Assembly: GCF_006345805.1 (NCBI RefSeq)
Contig: NC_042997.1
Location: forward strand, 116,932,001-116,996,000
Direction of reading: 5' to 3'
Length of the DNA stretch: 64,000 nt
DNA from: Octopus sinensis
Taxonomy: Eukaryota
The position numbers and the translations under genes are program-made. Positions 38,011-49,443 of this stretch are shown here, piece by piece; the first letter of the stretch is position 1, and each line of letters opens with the position of its first letter. The notes under the pieces are model-generated. The model saw only the letters and a list, made by a program, of their open reading frames with translations, was not told where the DNA came from and made no database searches.

Positions 38011-38500
38011 ATTATGACCTGAAATGTGGTGGCTGACAACATATATAGAGAACAGCAATATACAGCATACATACTTTGTGACTTTATTTTGCTTTTTGTT
38101 TCCCGCTAAATTCTGATCTTACCGAGCTTTGACTTTTCCTTTCATCTTTCCTGGTGTAATAAAATTAGTGCCAATCATGTATCGGGGTCGATTTAATCGA
38201 CTCTGTTCTCGTATCAATGTTTTTAAAAAATCAATATTTTTTCTTTGTTACATTTTCTCTCCGATGACAATAATTATCCATTGAGAAATTCACTCAATCA
38301 ATTTACATTATTTTCAAAATGGCAATTAGTCATGTCAATGTTCTGTTGATATCAGAATATTTTATAATAATTTGTCATCTCTAATGTGACTAGTCGTTCT
38401 GTATAAAATATCTGCAGTTTATAGCTGAGGGAATTTATAATCATTAAAAAAAATCATGCTATATTATCTGATGAACAGATATTTTCATTAAAAATATAAA

Positions 38501-38574
<74 letters not shown>

Positions 38575-38768
38575 GACAAAGAAACAAATGCATTAAACTT
38601 CATGACTAAAATCACAATACTTTACTCACATCGATTCCAAAAGTACAGGATCCTTTCCAGGTGGCATTGGAAGATAATTGATAAAGTGTCATATTCAACA
38701 ACAGTCAAATAGTCAAACCCTACTCGACTACCGGGCCATTAAGACATGGTTAATATATGAAACTGTGT

Positions 38769-39006
38769 GGAGGTCCATGGCTTAGTTTAGGGTGTCAGCA
38801 TCATGATCGTAAGATTGTGGTTTCGATTCCTGGACCGGGCGACGCGTTGTGTTCTTGAGCAAAACACTTCATTTCACGTTGCTCCAGTCCACTCAGCTCG
38901 CAAAAATGAGTAACGCTGCGATGGACTGGGGAACACATACGCCATTGAAACCGGAAAACCGGGCCCATGAGCCTGGCTAGGCTTTAAATGGTGCATTTAT
39001 TTTATC
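38769..39006 (+). mobile_element. SINE-C (tail type 2) with 15-bp TSD
   Basis: A-box-like TGGCTTAGT and B-box-like GTTTCGATTCC. TSD AATATATGAAACTGT at 38752-66 and 39007-21. Confidence 0.9.
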
Positions 39007-40041
39007 AATATATGAAACTGTATGACGAATGATGATAATTCAGTGCTTATTTTACTAAGGCAAGATGTTGATTTCGGTAGCTAGGGGTAATATGTTGTGT
39101 GTGTGTGTGTGTGTATATATACATAATCACACACATATACGCGTATGCTAGTGTTATCTTTACGATGCTTGACATATTGCTATATGACATTGTGGTTGGA
39201 GTGTTGGGTTCGCAATCATAGGGTCGTAATTTGGATTTCAGAATCGGGCGGCGTATTGGGTCCTAGAGCCAGGCACTTCATTCCACAGTGCTCCAAATGA
39301 ATATCAAATCATTGATGCTCCTTCCCCCGCTCTCTCTCTCTCTCTGACCCTGCTCTCACATCCCTGATGTTCCGTTCACTCATGGCTGAAAGGACGGAGT
39401 GAGTGAATTAGATAAAGCAATGGTCATACCCGTGACGGCTAATTTTTTCACTTCTTTCAAAGAGCTTTTCTCTATATATTTGATGACATGACTATGATCA
39501 AGTTCAAACGTCTTTGTTTTATTATATATTTTTCATATTTACTTATTCGACTTCATGCTTAATTTGGAACAACAACATTCCTAAATCCGTTTACGTTTCA
39601 AGATATTTTCATGTCCCATCTTCTGATGGAAAATATAATAACGTTTTTGCCTCGTTTTCAAGCAGGTCGCAAGAAATCATGTGACACTTACCTCACCTTA
39701 GTTTTCACTCCTGCATTGTACTTTCTCGACCTCTTAATCAAAAATATTATTGTTCACAACCATTACGATGAGGGGTGGAGAAATAACATATTCGCTATAA
39801 TTCCTAAATTCCTATATCCGGTACCTGCCAGCTGCTCATCAATATCGACAGTACGTGTATTAACTCGCATGCTTTTAAAACATTTTATTATAATTTAAAA
39901 CTGCAACTTCTTTTCCTCCGAGTCATAATCTCCACCATCCCCACAACCACTACCATCATCGTTATCATCCTAGTCATTATAAAGAGCAAGTGCACTTATT
40001 TACATTAGACGGATATTTGTCCTCATCTTGTTTGTCGTTAT

Positions 40042-40083
40042 CACAACGTTTCAGCTGATATACCCTCCAGCCTTCATCAGGTG
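40042..40083 (-). ncRNA. Minimal type I hammerhead motif in a PLE pLTR fragment (about 39985-40140)
   Basis: CAC-CUGAUGA-A-GGCUG-(10 nt)-CAGCU-GAAA-CGU-U-GUG: canonical core, extra A after A9, 5-bp stem II, ACGU palindrome, GUU triplet. Confidence 0.65.
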
Positions 40084-40137
40084 TCTTGGGGATATTTCGA
40101 ACCTGGGTTCTCATTCCTGAGGTATTTTTCGATGTTG

Positions 40138-40206
<69 letters not shown>

Positions 40207-40420
40207 TCACTGCCTGGAATTGAAATCGGGCATATGGCGTAGTGATTAAGAGCGCAAACTACAAACCCCAAGATTCCGAGTTCGATTCCAGCAGTGAACT
40301 GAATTCCTCGGCGGAATTTGAACTCAGATCGTAGCGACGGGCGAAATACCAGTAAGCATTTCGTTCAGCGTGCTAACGATAATAATAACAATAATAATAA
40401 TAAAAATAATAATAATAATA

Positions 40421-40770
40421 GCAAGAGCTCTCAGAGAGCGCAAACCTTCGCCAAGGTAACAGCAACGTCCTCTCAACGATTAGACGGAGATGATTTTTAA
40501 AATGAGAATATCTGAAATAAACTCGACTGCTCTCACAAACGAGAATACTAAAAATGAACCCGACCGATCTCAAAAATTAAGTAAAGAAATTACAGGAAAA
40601 ATAATCCAGAATCCTTGTCCAAAATCTAATCAGTACGTGCTAGTCACGAAGCTAAATATCCCTGAAAGTTTCATCCGAATCCATCCAGCGGTTCTTGAGA
40701 TATCTTGTCCACGGACAAGCAAACACGAGTGAAAACAATACCTTCATCTTCGCTAAGGCGGAGGCAATAA
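40421..40770 (+). mobile_element. Helentron/DINE-type non-autonomous element
   Basis: 5' GCAAGAGCTCTCAGAGAGCGCAAACCTTCGCCAAGG; internal AAGTTTCATCCGAATCCATCCAGCGG; 3' stem-loop CCTTCATCTTCGCTAAGGCGGAGG; inserted in (AAT)n. Confidence 0.65.
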
Positions 40771-41413
40771 TAGTAATAAACCATGATTATGATAATGATA
40801 CCAATATTGTGAACAATATTATAAATATTCCTTACAGAATAATTGATTAAACAATCATTCACTGGTTTATTTCTTTTCTTCTTCAGTTGTAATTTCAATA
40901 TTGAATTTGGGATGTTCTGAAGAAATTTGTATTGCTATTGAACAAATGCCCATAATCACCGCTAACAGTAAAGTATTTCCTTTAATAGGAGATATTCTGC
41001 GCACAGACTAAATAGTTGATACATCAGTCAATCACATTAGTTTCCTTTACATTTCAACATTTCTTTGCTATCCTACGCAGTCATATGTTATCATCCATGT
41101 TCGTTTAGCAACAGCTATTTTCATTAAACAATCCAAGGCTTTCATTAATAAAATTTTTAATTATATCGGATTATGAATTGTACTAATTAATCTGTTACTA
41201 AAGAATTTTGAGCAGACATTTCTGTTAGTACCATAGAAAGATAAACATGGTGTTTTTCAAATAAAAATCTGTTCAGCTGATATAAATATTTTATATAAAA
41301 ACCGAACCTGCTGTTAAATCTGAATCTCTATGAGGTCGTTCTGTATGCTAGAAATAATAACCTAATAATCCCCAAATCACACGTTAAGATAAAGAACAAA
41401 AAAGAAAGTATGC

Positions 41414-41801
41414 AGGCGTAGGAGTGGCTGTGTGGTAAGTAGCTTGCTTACCAACCACATGGTTCCGGGTTCAGTCCCACTGCGTGGCACCTTGGGCAAG
41501 TGTCTTCTACTATAGCCTCGGGCCGACCAAAGTCTTGTGAATGGATTTGGTAGACGGAAACTGAAAGAAACCTGTCGTATATATGTGTGTGTGTGTATGT
41601 TTGTGTATCTGTATTTGTCCCCCCAACATCGCTTGACAACCGATGCTGGTGTGTTTACGTCCTCGTAACTTAGCCGTTCGGCAAAAGAGACCGTTGGAAT
41701 AAGTATTAGGCTTACAAAGAAGAAGTCCTGGGGTCAATTTGCTCGACTGAAGGTGGTGCTCCAGCATGGCCACAGTCAAATGACTAAAACAAGTAAAAGA
41801 G
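41414..41801 (+). mobile_element. Full-length SINE-A
   Basis: A-box-like TGGCTGTGTGG, B-box-like GGTTCAGTCCC, central microsatellite, and 3' tail GGTGGTGCTCCAGCATGGCCACAGTCAAATGACTAAAAC. Confidence 0.92.
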
Positions 41802-42862
41802 TAGTACTGAATAATGTAGTTGTAGATCTAAAAAAAAAGAAGACTGGATTGGTTTCTTGTATCAAGGCCGATCAAAAACAAGAAAAACTCCAAAAAATGT
41901 AAGTAGTAACTTGTTAAAACAAAAGATAAGTTACTTTTTACTGATACAGAATTGGATTGTTTGTTATATGGAAAAGGAAAAGCAATATGGTCTATCACTA
42001 AGCTGTGGCGTTCTAGAATGTTCTTCATGTTTCCATTTTACCCTATAGCGCATAGTCAATGTTATTCTAACATTATGGCGGCGCGCTTCAAGTGTATGTT
42101 TATAATTACATGCTATCAGCTGTTTCTTATACATCCCCCGTAATCTTTACGTACGTTCTCGTGACCTCGTGTAATGTTAATTATTTTACTTCTATATATA
42201 AGATGCATGGGATGATGGACTTTCTCATAGAGTAATGTCATGTTTATAAATTTCAGCTTTGTGGGCGAAAGAACTATTTATATATATTACGTACTCTTCG
42301 TTACAAACAATCTTTTTCTCTATTTTGCTGTGTCTTTATTTCATTTTCTCATTGGTATTAGTTTTGATCCTTATCTTTGTTATCTTCCACTCTCTAATAA
42401 AAACTACTACCTCTTACATTATCTGTTACACTTTAGCAGGCAATCTCTGTTTTCACAAGGAAGGAATTTCAACTGTGTTTCATAGTCTGCTACCACAACA
42501 GCTCCTTTATAGGATCCATTTAGCTCAAGACATCATCAGGCGAGGAACCACGTCCGGTTTCGGCCCCTACTTCTCTACCGTTTTGACGTGGCGCCCCCGC
42601 TCCTTTCGGAGGTGTCTTCAGCTCTGGTGTTGGGTGCATGTGTCTTCTTTTTTCTTGTGTTCCCTGGCCTCTTCGATGTAGTGTCAACGAGTGTCAGCAG
42701 ACAACTAATTTCTTTATTACCCATAGCGGGCGACATAGAACGGACAGTACAAACATTGGGGACACAAAACATAATAATGAATACATGAATTTATGAAAAT
42801 GATATTATGAAAGCGACGCTAACGGCCCCATCCGCTAGCATCACTCACCTGTCCTTTAGTTA

Positions 42863-43903
42863 TTAGTCCCAAACAAATGCTCCTTGTTCAGTTCCTATAC
42901 AAAATCCATCCATCTCCATTCTTCTCTCAAACGTCTCTTCCAAATCCCTCATGATTTTTTCGACCATTCTCACTTCACTTACTTCCCAATCCTCCCTTTC
43001 ACACATTACCATAAATTCGTCCATTCGCTCCTTTTCAATTACTGCATATCTGATCGGTCCTCTGTCGCACCATTGATATTCTTCCATTGTTTTTTTAATC
43101 TTTTCTTTTCCCGTCATACATACAATGTTGGGCCTGGGTTCTTTTTTTGTATCTTGGGTGTGTGTGTCTTTTCTTTTCTGTTTTCTTGTTGGAGGGGAGC
43201 GGGTAGGTTCACTGTCTGCAGGGAGAGGGTGGGACTCAGAGGGTGTGGGTGGTGTTGGGCTGAATTGGGGTTCCGTACTATTTGCTTTACTTCTTATTCT
43301 TCTCTTCCTCTTTTTTCTGGCTTCTTCCCATTCTTTTGAAACCTCTTCCTCTTCTGTTGTCTCTTTCTCTTCTGGTTTCTTCTCCTCTTCCGCCTCCCTT
43401 TGTGGTTTCGCATCCGTATATTTCTCTGGGGGAGGGCAGTTAGCTCTTATGTGACATCTGAGGCCACACTTGTAACAGCGTGGAGCTCTGCCCTCCACCC
43501 ACACTCTCATGATAACGCTTCCCAATCTGATGTTCTCTGTTAAATTCTCTAGTACTTCATCCTCCGCTTGTACATTCATATCTAGCGTTGCGCCTCTCCA
43601 GCCTTCGATTTTTACCGTGGCATGGAGGATGTCCACTTCTTCTTCATGACCGCTAATTATAGCTGCCACAATCCATTCCGCTTCGACATTTGGGGGTATT
43701 CCCTCTACCCTTATTCTAGTGATTTTCCTGTTTAAGTATGAGGGCAAAAGGAATACCCTCTCAGACTTTACTGCTTTCGCCGCCATCCTCCTTGCTACAT
43801 TTTCACTCCTGAACTGTACCACCACAGTACCGTAGCTTGTACCTCTTGTCAGAAATATTATCTCCTCCTCTGTTCTTCTCAGAGCCTCTTCTATCCATTC
43901 CAT
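42863..43903 (-). CDS. Gag-like ORF1 of an L1/Tx1-type non-LTR element (CCHC knuckle), probably N-truncated
   Basis: 346 aa from the first ATG with no stops. CYKCGLRCHIRANC = CX2CX4HX4C (43436-43477). The N-terminal RRM-like segment (GTVVVQF, RIRVEGIPP) and basic/acidic linker are typical of L1/Tx1 ORF1. Confidence 0.8.
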   Translation of the reverse strand: MEWIEEALRRTEEEIIFLTRGTSYGTVVVQFRSENVARRMAAKAVKSERVFLLPSYLNRKITRIRVEGIPPNVEAEWIVAAIISGHEEEVDILHATVKIEGWRGATLDMNVQAEDEVLENLTENIRLGSVIMRVWVEGRAPRCYKCGLRCHIRANCPPPEKYTDAKPQREAEEEKKPEEKETTEEEEVSKEWEEARKKRKRRIRSKANSTEPQFSPTPPTPSESHPLPADSEPTRSPPTRKQKRKDTHTQDTKKEPRPNIVCMTGKEKIKKTMEEYQWCDRGPIRYAVIEKERMDEFMVMCEREDWEVSEVRMVEKIMRDLEETFERRMEMDGFCIGTEQGAFVWD

Positions 43904-43915
43904 ATTTACCACTTA

Positions 43916-44237
43916 GGTACTTAATTTATCGACCCCAAAAGGATGAAAGGCAAAGTCGACCTCGGCGTAATTTGAACTCAGAACGTAAAGACAGACGAAA
44001 TGCCTATTTCTTCATTGCCCACAAGGGGCTAAACGTAGAGGGGACAAACAAGGACAGACATAGGTATTAAGTCGATTACATCGACCCCAGTGCGTAACTG
44101 GTACTTTATTTATCGACCCCGAAAGGATGAGAGGCAAAGCCGACCTCAGCGGAATTTGAACTCACAACGTAACGACAGGCGAAATACCGCTAAGCATTTC
44201 GCCCAGCGTGCTAACGTTTCTACCAGCACGCCGCCTT
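43916..44237 (-). mobile_element. SINE-B two-module copy, 3'-truncated, abutting the gag ORF
   Basis: 184-bp period (43930 / 44114). It ends at aagtacc, 12 nt upstream of the gag ATG. Confidence 0.9.
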
Positions 44238-44449
44238 AGTAAAATTGGTATTATTGTTATCTCTGCACTACAAAACGAACGGCAATAGAAATATCTTTTA
44301 TGGAGCGAAAAGATTTTGTCACTCTTGCCATTCAAGAAACAATAATTCAAGAATCATTCATACTCCTGGAATATTGAATATTCACCATTCCAAGTTACAA
44401 TCTTATTAGATTAGGCCTAAAATTGTAACACACACACACACACACACAC

Positions 44450-44490
<41 letters not shown>

Positions 44491-45054
44491 ACACACACAC
44501 ACACACACGCACACTGCATATCTAACACTATTATCTTCATACAACATCCTATCAGATTACATGTCCCAGTTACAGCACTTCAACACTGTCACAAGCACTA
44601 CCATCGAAAGAGAGATAGATTTTTCAAAGTACAAAAAATCTTCGTGGTTTTTCAAATGATGTAAAGAGCACTAAAATCGCAACTAAACACGGACATACCT
44701 CATCAAGCCAACTACCATAACTCTGTATGACTCATCTTTTGCAACATGTCTCTAACTACGATAAATACCTAGAAAAAGATTCGCCAACTCTCCTCGGATC
44801 ATTTAATTATTTTCTTCACGACACATTTACCCACCATGAATTCACCAAAAACACTTTTACAAAACCGAAAACAAAGCGCTATTGAAATACTTGCCAGCGT
44901 ACTTTTCCTTTCCACAATCGTATTATATTTCTCTTTATATTTTCTTATACAATTGATTGAAACTGAATTCTATTTCAGATTTATGTATTTTTGTCATTGT
45001 GTACGCGAGTGTATTTCCTGTGTGACGTGTGTGTGTGTGTTTGTGTGAGTTCTC

Positions 45055-45320
45055 AAAGGTGCATGGCCTAGTTGTTAGGGTATTGCACTCACGATCGCTT
45101 CATAATTCGTTCGATTCTCGGACCGGTTAGCGTGTTGTGTTCTTAAGCAAGACAGTTCCTTTCACGTTGCTCCAGTCCACTCAAGTGTGATGGCACAGCT
45201 TTCCGATCAGTGGAGGGAATGTTGTCCTACTCACCAAGCCACCAGGGTGGCATCATTCAAAACCTAAAAGAAGTGCATTGTGACCAGCGAAGTATAACAA
45301 CATCCAGTAGTGTGAGCGAT
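45055..45320 (+). mobile_element. SINE-C (tail type 3)
   Basis: Same head and core as 38769-39006, with a different 3' region. Confidence 0.7.
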
Positions 45321-45325
45321 ACTGT

Positions 45326-45360
<35 letters not shown>

Positions 45361-45569
45361 GGAAGATAGAATTTTTATTAATCTCGACAAAATATATACA
45401 CGTTTAAATCAAATAATTGTCAGAAAGAATGCTCAACACCTCATTGGTGGATAAATATTCTTTATTTGTGGGTTAACCAGGCTACCATTGGTTTCATGCT
45501 AAGAGATAACTCTTAACAGTTCTCAAGCCTGTCATGTGGGAAGTTGGTGTTCGTCTCCCTTCATATATT

Positions 45570-45624
<55 letters not shown>

Positions 45625-45627
<3 letters not shown>

Positions 45628-45864
45628 GTACACGTGTGCACACACATGTAAAAGTGAACGTAACAGAAAATGATCATGTTCCTTTCAATAATTTAGTAAG
45701 CATTACTGGAAACCTTATCTGTCTCTCTCTCTCTATATATATATATATTTATATAACGTGTGTGCATGTATACACACATATATATGCATGCGTACATATC
45801 CATAGTTACATATGATATTCATATTGTTCAGCTTAGCATCTTAAGAAATATATTATATATAGTG

Positions 45865-45923
<59 letters not shown>

Positions 45924-46186
45924 GTACACGTGTGCACACACATGTAAAAGTGAACGTAACAGAAAATGATCATGTTCCTTTCAATAATTTAGTAAGCATT
46001 ACTGGAAACCTTATCTGTCTCTCTCTCTCTATATATATATATATTTATATAACATGTGTGCATGTATACACACATATATATGCATGCGTACATATCCATA
46101 GTTACATATGATATTCATATTGTTCAGCTTAGCATCTTAAGAAATATATTATATATAGTGTGTGTGTATATATATATATATATATA
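45625..46186 (+). repeat. About 296-bp tandem duplication
   Basis: AATGTACACGTGTGCAC at 45625 and 45921. The units are near-identical apart from TA run length. Confidence 0.9.
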
Positions 46187-47125
46187 GAAGCAAATGAAAT
46201 CTCTACTACATTGTATTGTGTTTTGTTTTAGTTTCTAAATATATTTTAATGCTCTTAGTAACAAGAAGAAAGTAACGCTGTATATTTTTGTTTCTTTCTA
46301 AAGAAAGAAATATAAAAACGGCTGTGCTACTTTCCTCACATACTTAATAATATCTATGTGCGTGTTATCACCAGTTTTACATTCGACTATGTGAGAAACA
46401 AAGCCAAAAGAAAACAATTCCTTGTCAATTACAATAAGGTAAAAATAAAAAAAAGCTTACTCTTATAAAGCTTTTTAGTTATTTTCCATTACCTACATCT
46501 AATGTGTTTTTCATCAATAACACTGCACACTTGATAAATACGGATTAAAATACTTCCTTGTATCCAACTTTCCACGCACACCTACACATACGGATATGAA
46601 AAGTAAATGGATCTCTGTCGCTTTCGGCGATGCGTATTCCAGTTTTTCAATTAACTGAATTGCCAAATCATTGAATTAGTTTGTTAATGGTGAAGTATTT
46701 CACAAATATGTATGCTATCAATATATTTTTCTGGAAGAATCAGCGTGACATATTGGGTGACATGAATCAGTGTGTAAAATAGCTGCGTAAAGTTTATTTA
46801 ACTCATGATCATTTTGTCTAGCTAAAGCTATGACAAAAGGTGCACAGTGTGATCGAACCAGGGACATCATGATCCTTACGCAGTTGTTTCAAATTTTCGA
46901 ATGAGGTCAGAAATTTTACAGGGGTGCCAAGTTGATTGCATCGATCACAGTGCTCCACTGGTAAATGTTTTATCAACCCAAATAATCAAAGGCAGAGGCG
47001 ACCTCAGTAGAATTTGAACTCAAGACGACGTACATAACGCGTTCACGTATGATGAAGGATTCTCTTATCAATTTTGACATATGAGCTCTGTCATTCTATC
47101 ACGTAGACAAACTACTCACTAGATT

Positions 47126-47519
47126 CTTTTCTACTCTAGGCACAAGGCTCGAAATTTTGTGTGAGGGGAGCCGATTAGATCGACCCCAGTGCATAACTGG
47201 TACGTAATTTATTGACCCCGAAAGGATGAAAGGCAAAGTCGACCTCGGCGGAATTTGAACTCGGAACGTAGTGGCAGAAGAAATACCTGTTCCTTTACTG
47301 CCCGCAAGGAGCTAAACACAGAGGGAACAAACAAGGACAGACACACGGATTAAGTCGATTACATCGACCCCAGTGCGTAACTGGTAATTATTTAATCGAC
47401 CCCGAAAGGATTAAAGGCAAAGTCGACCTCGGCGGAATTTGAACGCAGAACGTAGCGGCAGACGAAATACTGCTAAGCATTTCGCCCGGCGTGCTAACGT
47501 TTCTGCCAGCTCGCCACCT
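47126..47519 (-). mobile_element. SINE-B two-module copy with 16-bp TSD
   Basis: AACTACTCA(C/T)TAGATT at 47110-25 and 47520-35; 184-bp period. Confidence 0.92.
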
Positions 47520-47844
47520 AACTACTCATTAGATTAGCGTGCAAAGTAGCTCAATATTCTACAGCCACGTGTGCCTGTTACGTACCTCGTCAGAAGAATC
47601 AAAGTAACACAGATTTGATATGCCTGGGCATATAGATTGCTGGTAATGTCTCTCTGACAGGATTCCTCACAATTTCCATCTACCTGTATTCCATGACAAA
47701 GCTTTGATTGTGTCACGGTTACCATAAATACACTAGCCCATGATGCCAGACAGTAGAATCGAACCCGGCATTTCATAACTGTGAAGCGAAATTGAAATTC
47801 CAGCCATGCATCCGTCCATACATATATATGTGTGTGGGGTGTAT

Positions 47845-47893
<49 letters not shown>

Positions 47894-48388
47894 TAATGTA
47901 GGATAAATTTTTTTTTTTTCGAGAAAAAAATTTTATCAATGGCCAGCATATCAAAAAATATTTTTAAAGGTTAAATTTATAAGTAATTTACAAAATAGGT
48001 GCAAAAGAGAAATTCTAATGCCAAATATGCCAAAAAAAAGACAAAATTGTCAATAACCATTATAATTTATGCGTCTCGAAACAAACCGATAGAAATTTCT
48101 AAAAAATCCGTTATTACCGTATTGGTCCCAATTTCGGGGTTAATTCATAAGGATTTTCCCCTCTTCAGCGATAAATACGTGAGATATAAGTGAAATACTT
48201 ACACATACCCATGGAAAAAGCAAGCTTACGTGCGTGCATTAGTGCGTGTGTACATTAATCAAAGGAAAATGGAAGTCACTGTTAATATTTTTCGCTTCAA
48301 TAAGCTATTTAGAATCTATATGTCGAAAGTTTTTTGTCAGTTTTTTCTTCATTGTGGTTTTCAAGGTTTCTTACAAACCGGACCTCAA

Positions 48389-48445
<57 letters not shown>

Positions 48446-48466
48446 CACATATATGAAAAACTTATT

Positions 48467-48850
48467 AGGCGCAGGAGTGGTGTGGTAAGTAGCTTGCTTA
48501 CCAACCATATGGTTCCGGGTTCAGTTCCATTGCGTGGCATCTTGGGCAAGTGTCTTCTACTATAGCCCCGGGCCGACCAAAGCCTTGTGAGTATATTTCG
48601 TAGAATCCCGTTATACATATATATTTATACGTGTCTGTGCATGTGTTTGTTTGCGTCAGTGTTTGTTCCCCACCCACCCAATATCGCTTGACAACCGATG
48701 CTGTTGTGTTTACGTCTCCGTAAGCTAGCGGTTTGGCAAAAGAGCCTGATAGAATAAGTACTATGCTTATAAATAATAAGGTCTGCGCTCCATATGCTGT
48801 ACTAAAGGCGGTGCTCCAGCATGGCCGCAGTCAAATGACTGAAACAATTA
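48467..48850 (+). mobile_element. Full-length SINE-A
   Basis: Same architecture as 41414-41801. Confidence 0.9.
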
Positions 48851-48875
48851 AAATATATGCTTATTATATATATAA

Positions 48876-49248
48876 CTAGCAGTGTCGCCCGGCGTTGCTC
48901 AGGTTTGTAATGGAAATAACTATAAAGCATTTTTAGAGAGTTATAGCCAAAAAATAGCAAAAAAATGGAAAAAAAATTATGGTAAATTTTTTTGAGAGTT
49001 AAAAAAGGTGGAGTTGCGTCCCCTGTAGTTTGGGTTTCTGATTCTCGACCCCATGTCGAATTTATCGATTTTTTTCAGAACTGGGGGAACTTTTCAAAAT
49101 TTTCGCTGCGTTAGTTTTGAATTATGACATTGGGCTATGTGTGTGTCAAGTTTCATCAGAATCGGTTGAAAGCCGTGGTCAGGGTGAGGGTACGAGAAAA
49201 CAGACACACAGAAACACACACAGACAAACTGCCGTTTATATAGAGAGA

Positions 49249-49250
<2 letters not shown>
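48876..49250 (-). mobile_element. Complete non-autonomous Helitron
   Basis: Minus strand runs TCTCTCTCTATATAAACGG...GAGCAACGCCGGGCGACACTG-CTAG at an A/T target. Its 3' end is shared with 22137-22531. Confidence 0.88.
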
Positions 49251-49290
<40 letters not shown>

Positions 49291-49389
49291 ATGTATATAT
49301 ATATATATATATATGCAATGTAATATATATATATATATATAATATATATATATATATATGCAATGTATATATATATATATATATATGCA

Positions 49390-49443
<54 letters not shown>

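Noticed and set aside
41414-41500. SINE heads as genuine tRNA genes
   Set aside because: A/B boxes are present, but there is no complete cloverleaf and the sequence continues into SINE bodies.
42060-42440. Possible solo LTR (TG...CA, TATA, AATAAA)
   Set aside because: No TSD, PBS or PPT, only one copy, and orientation opposite to the gag ORF.
42884-43454. Plus-strand ORFs opposite the gag ORF
   Set aside because: Antisense shadows of a purine-rich coding strand.
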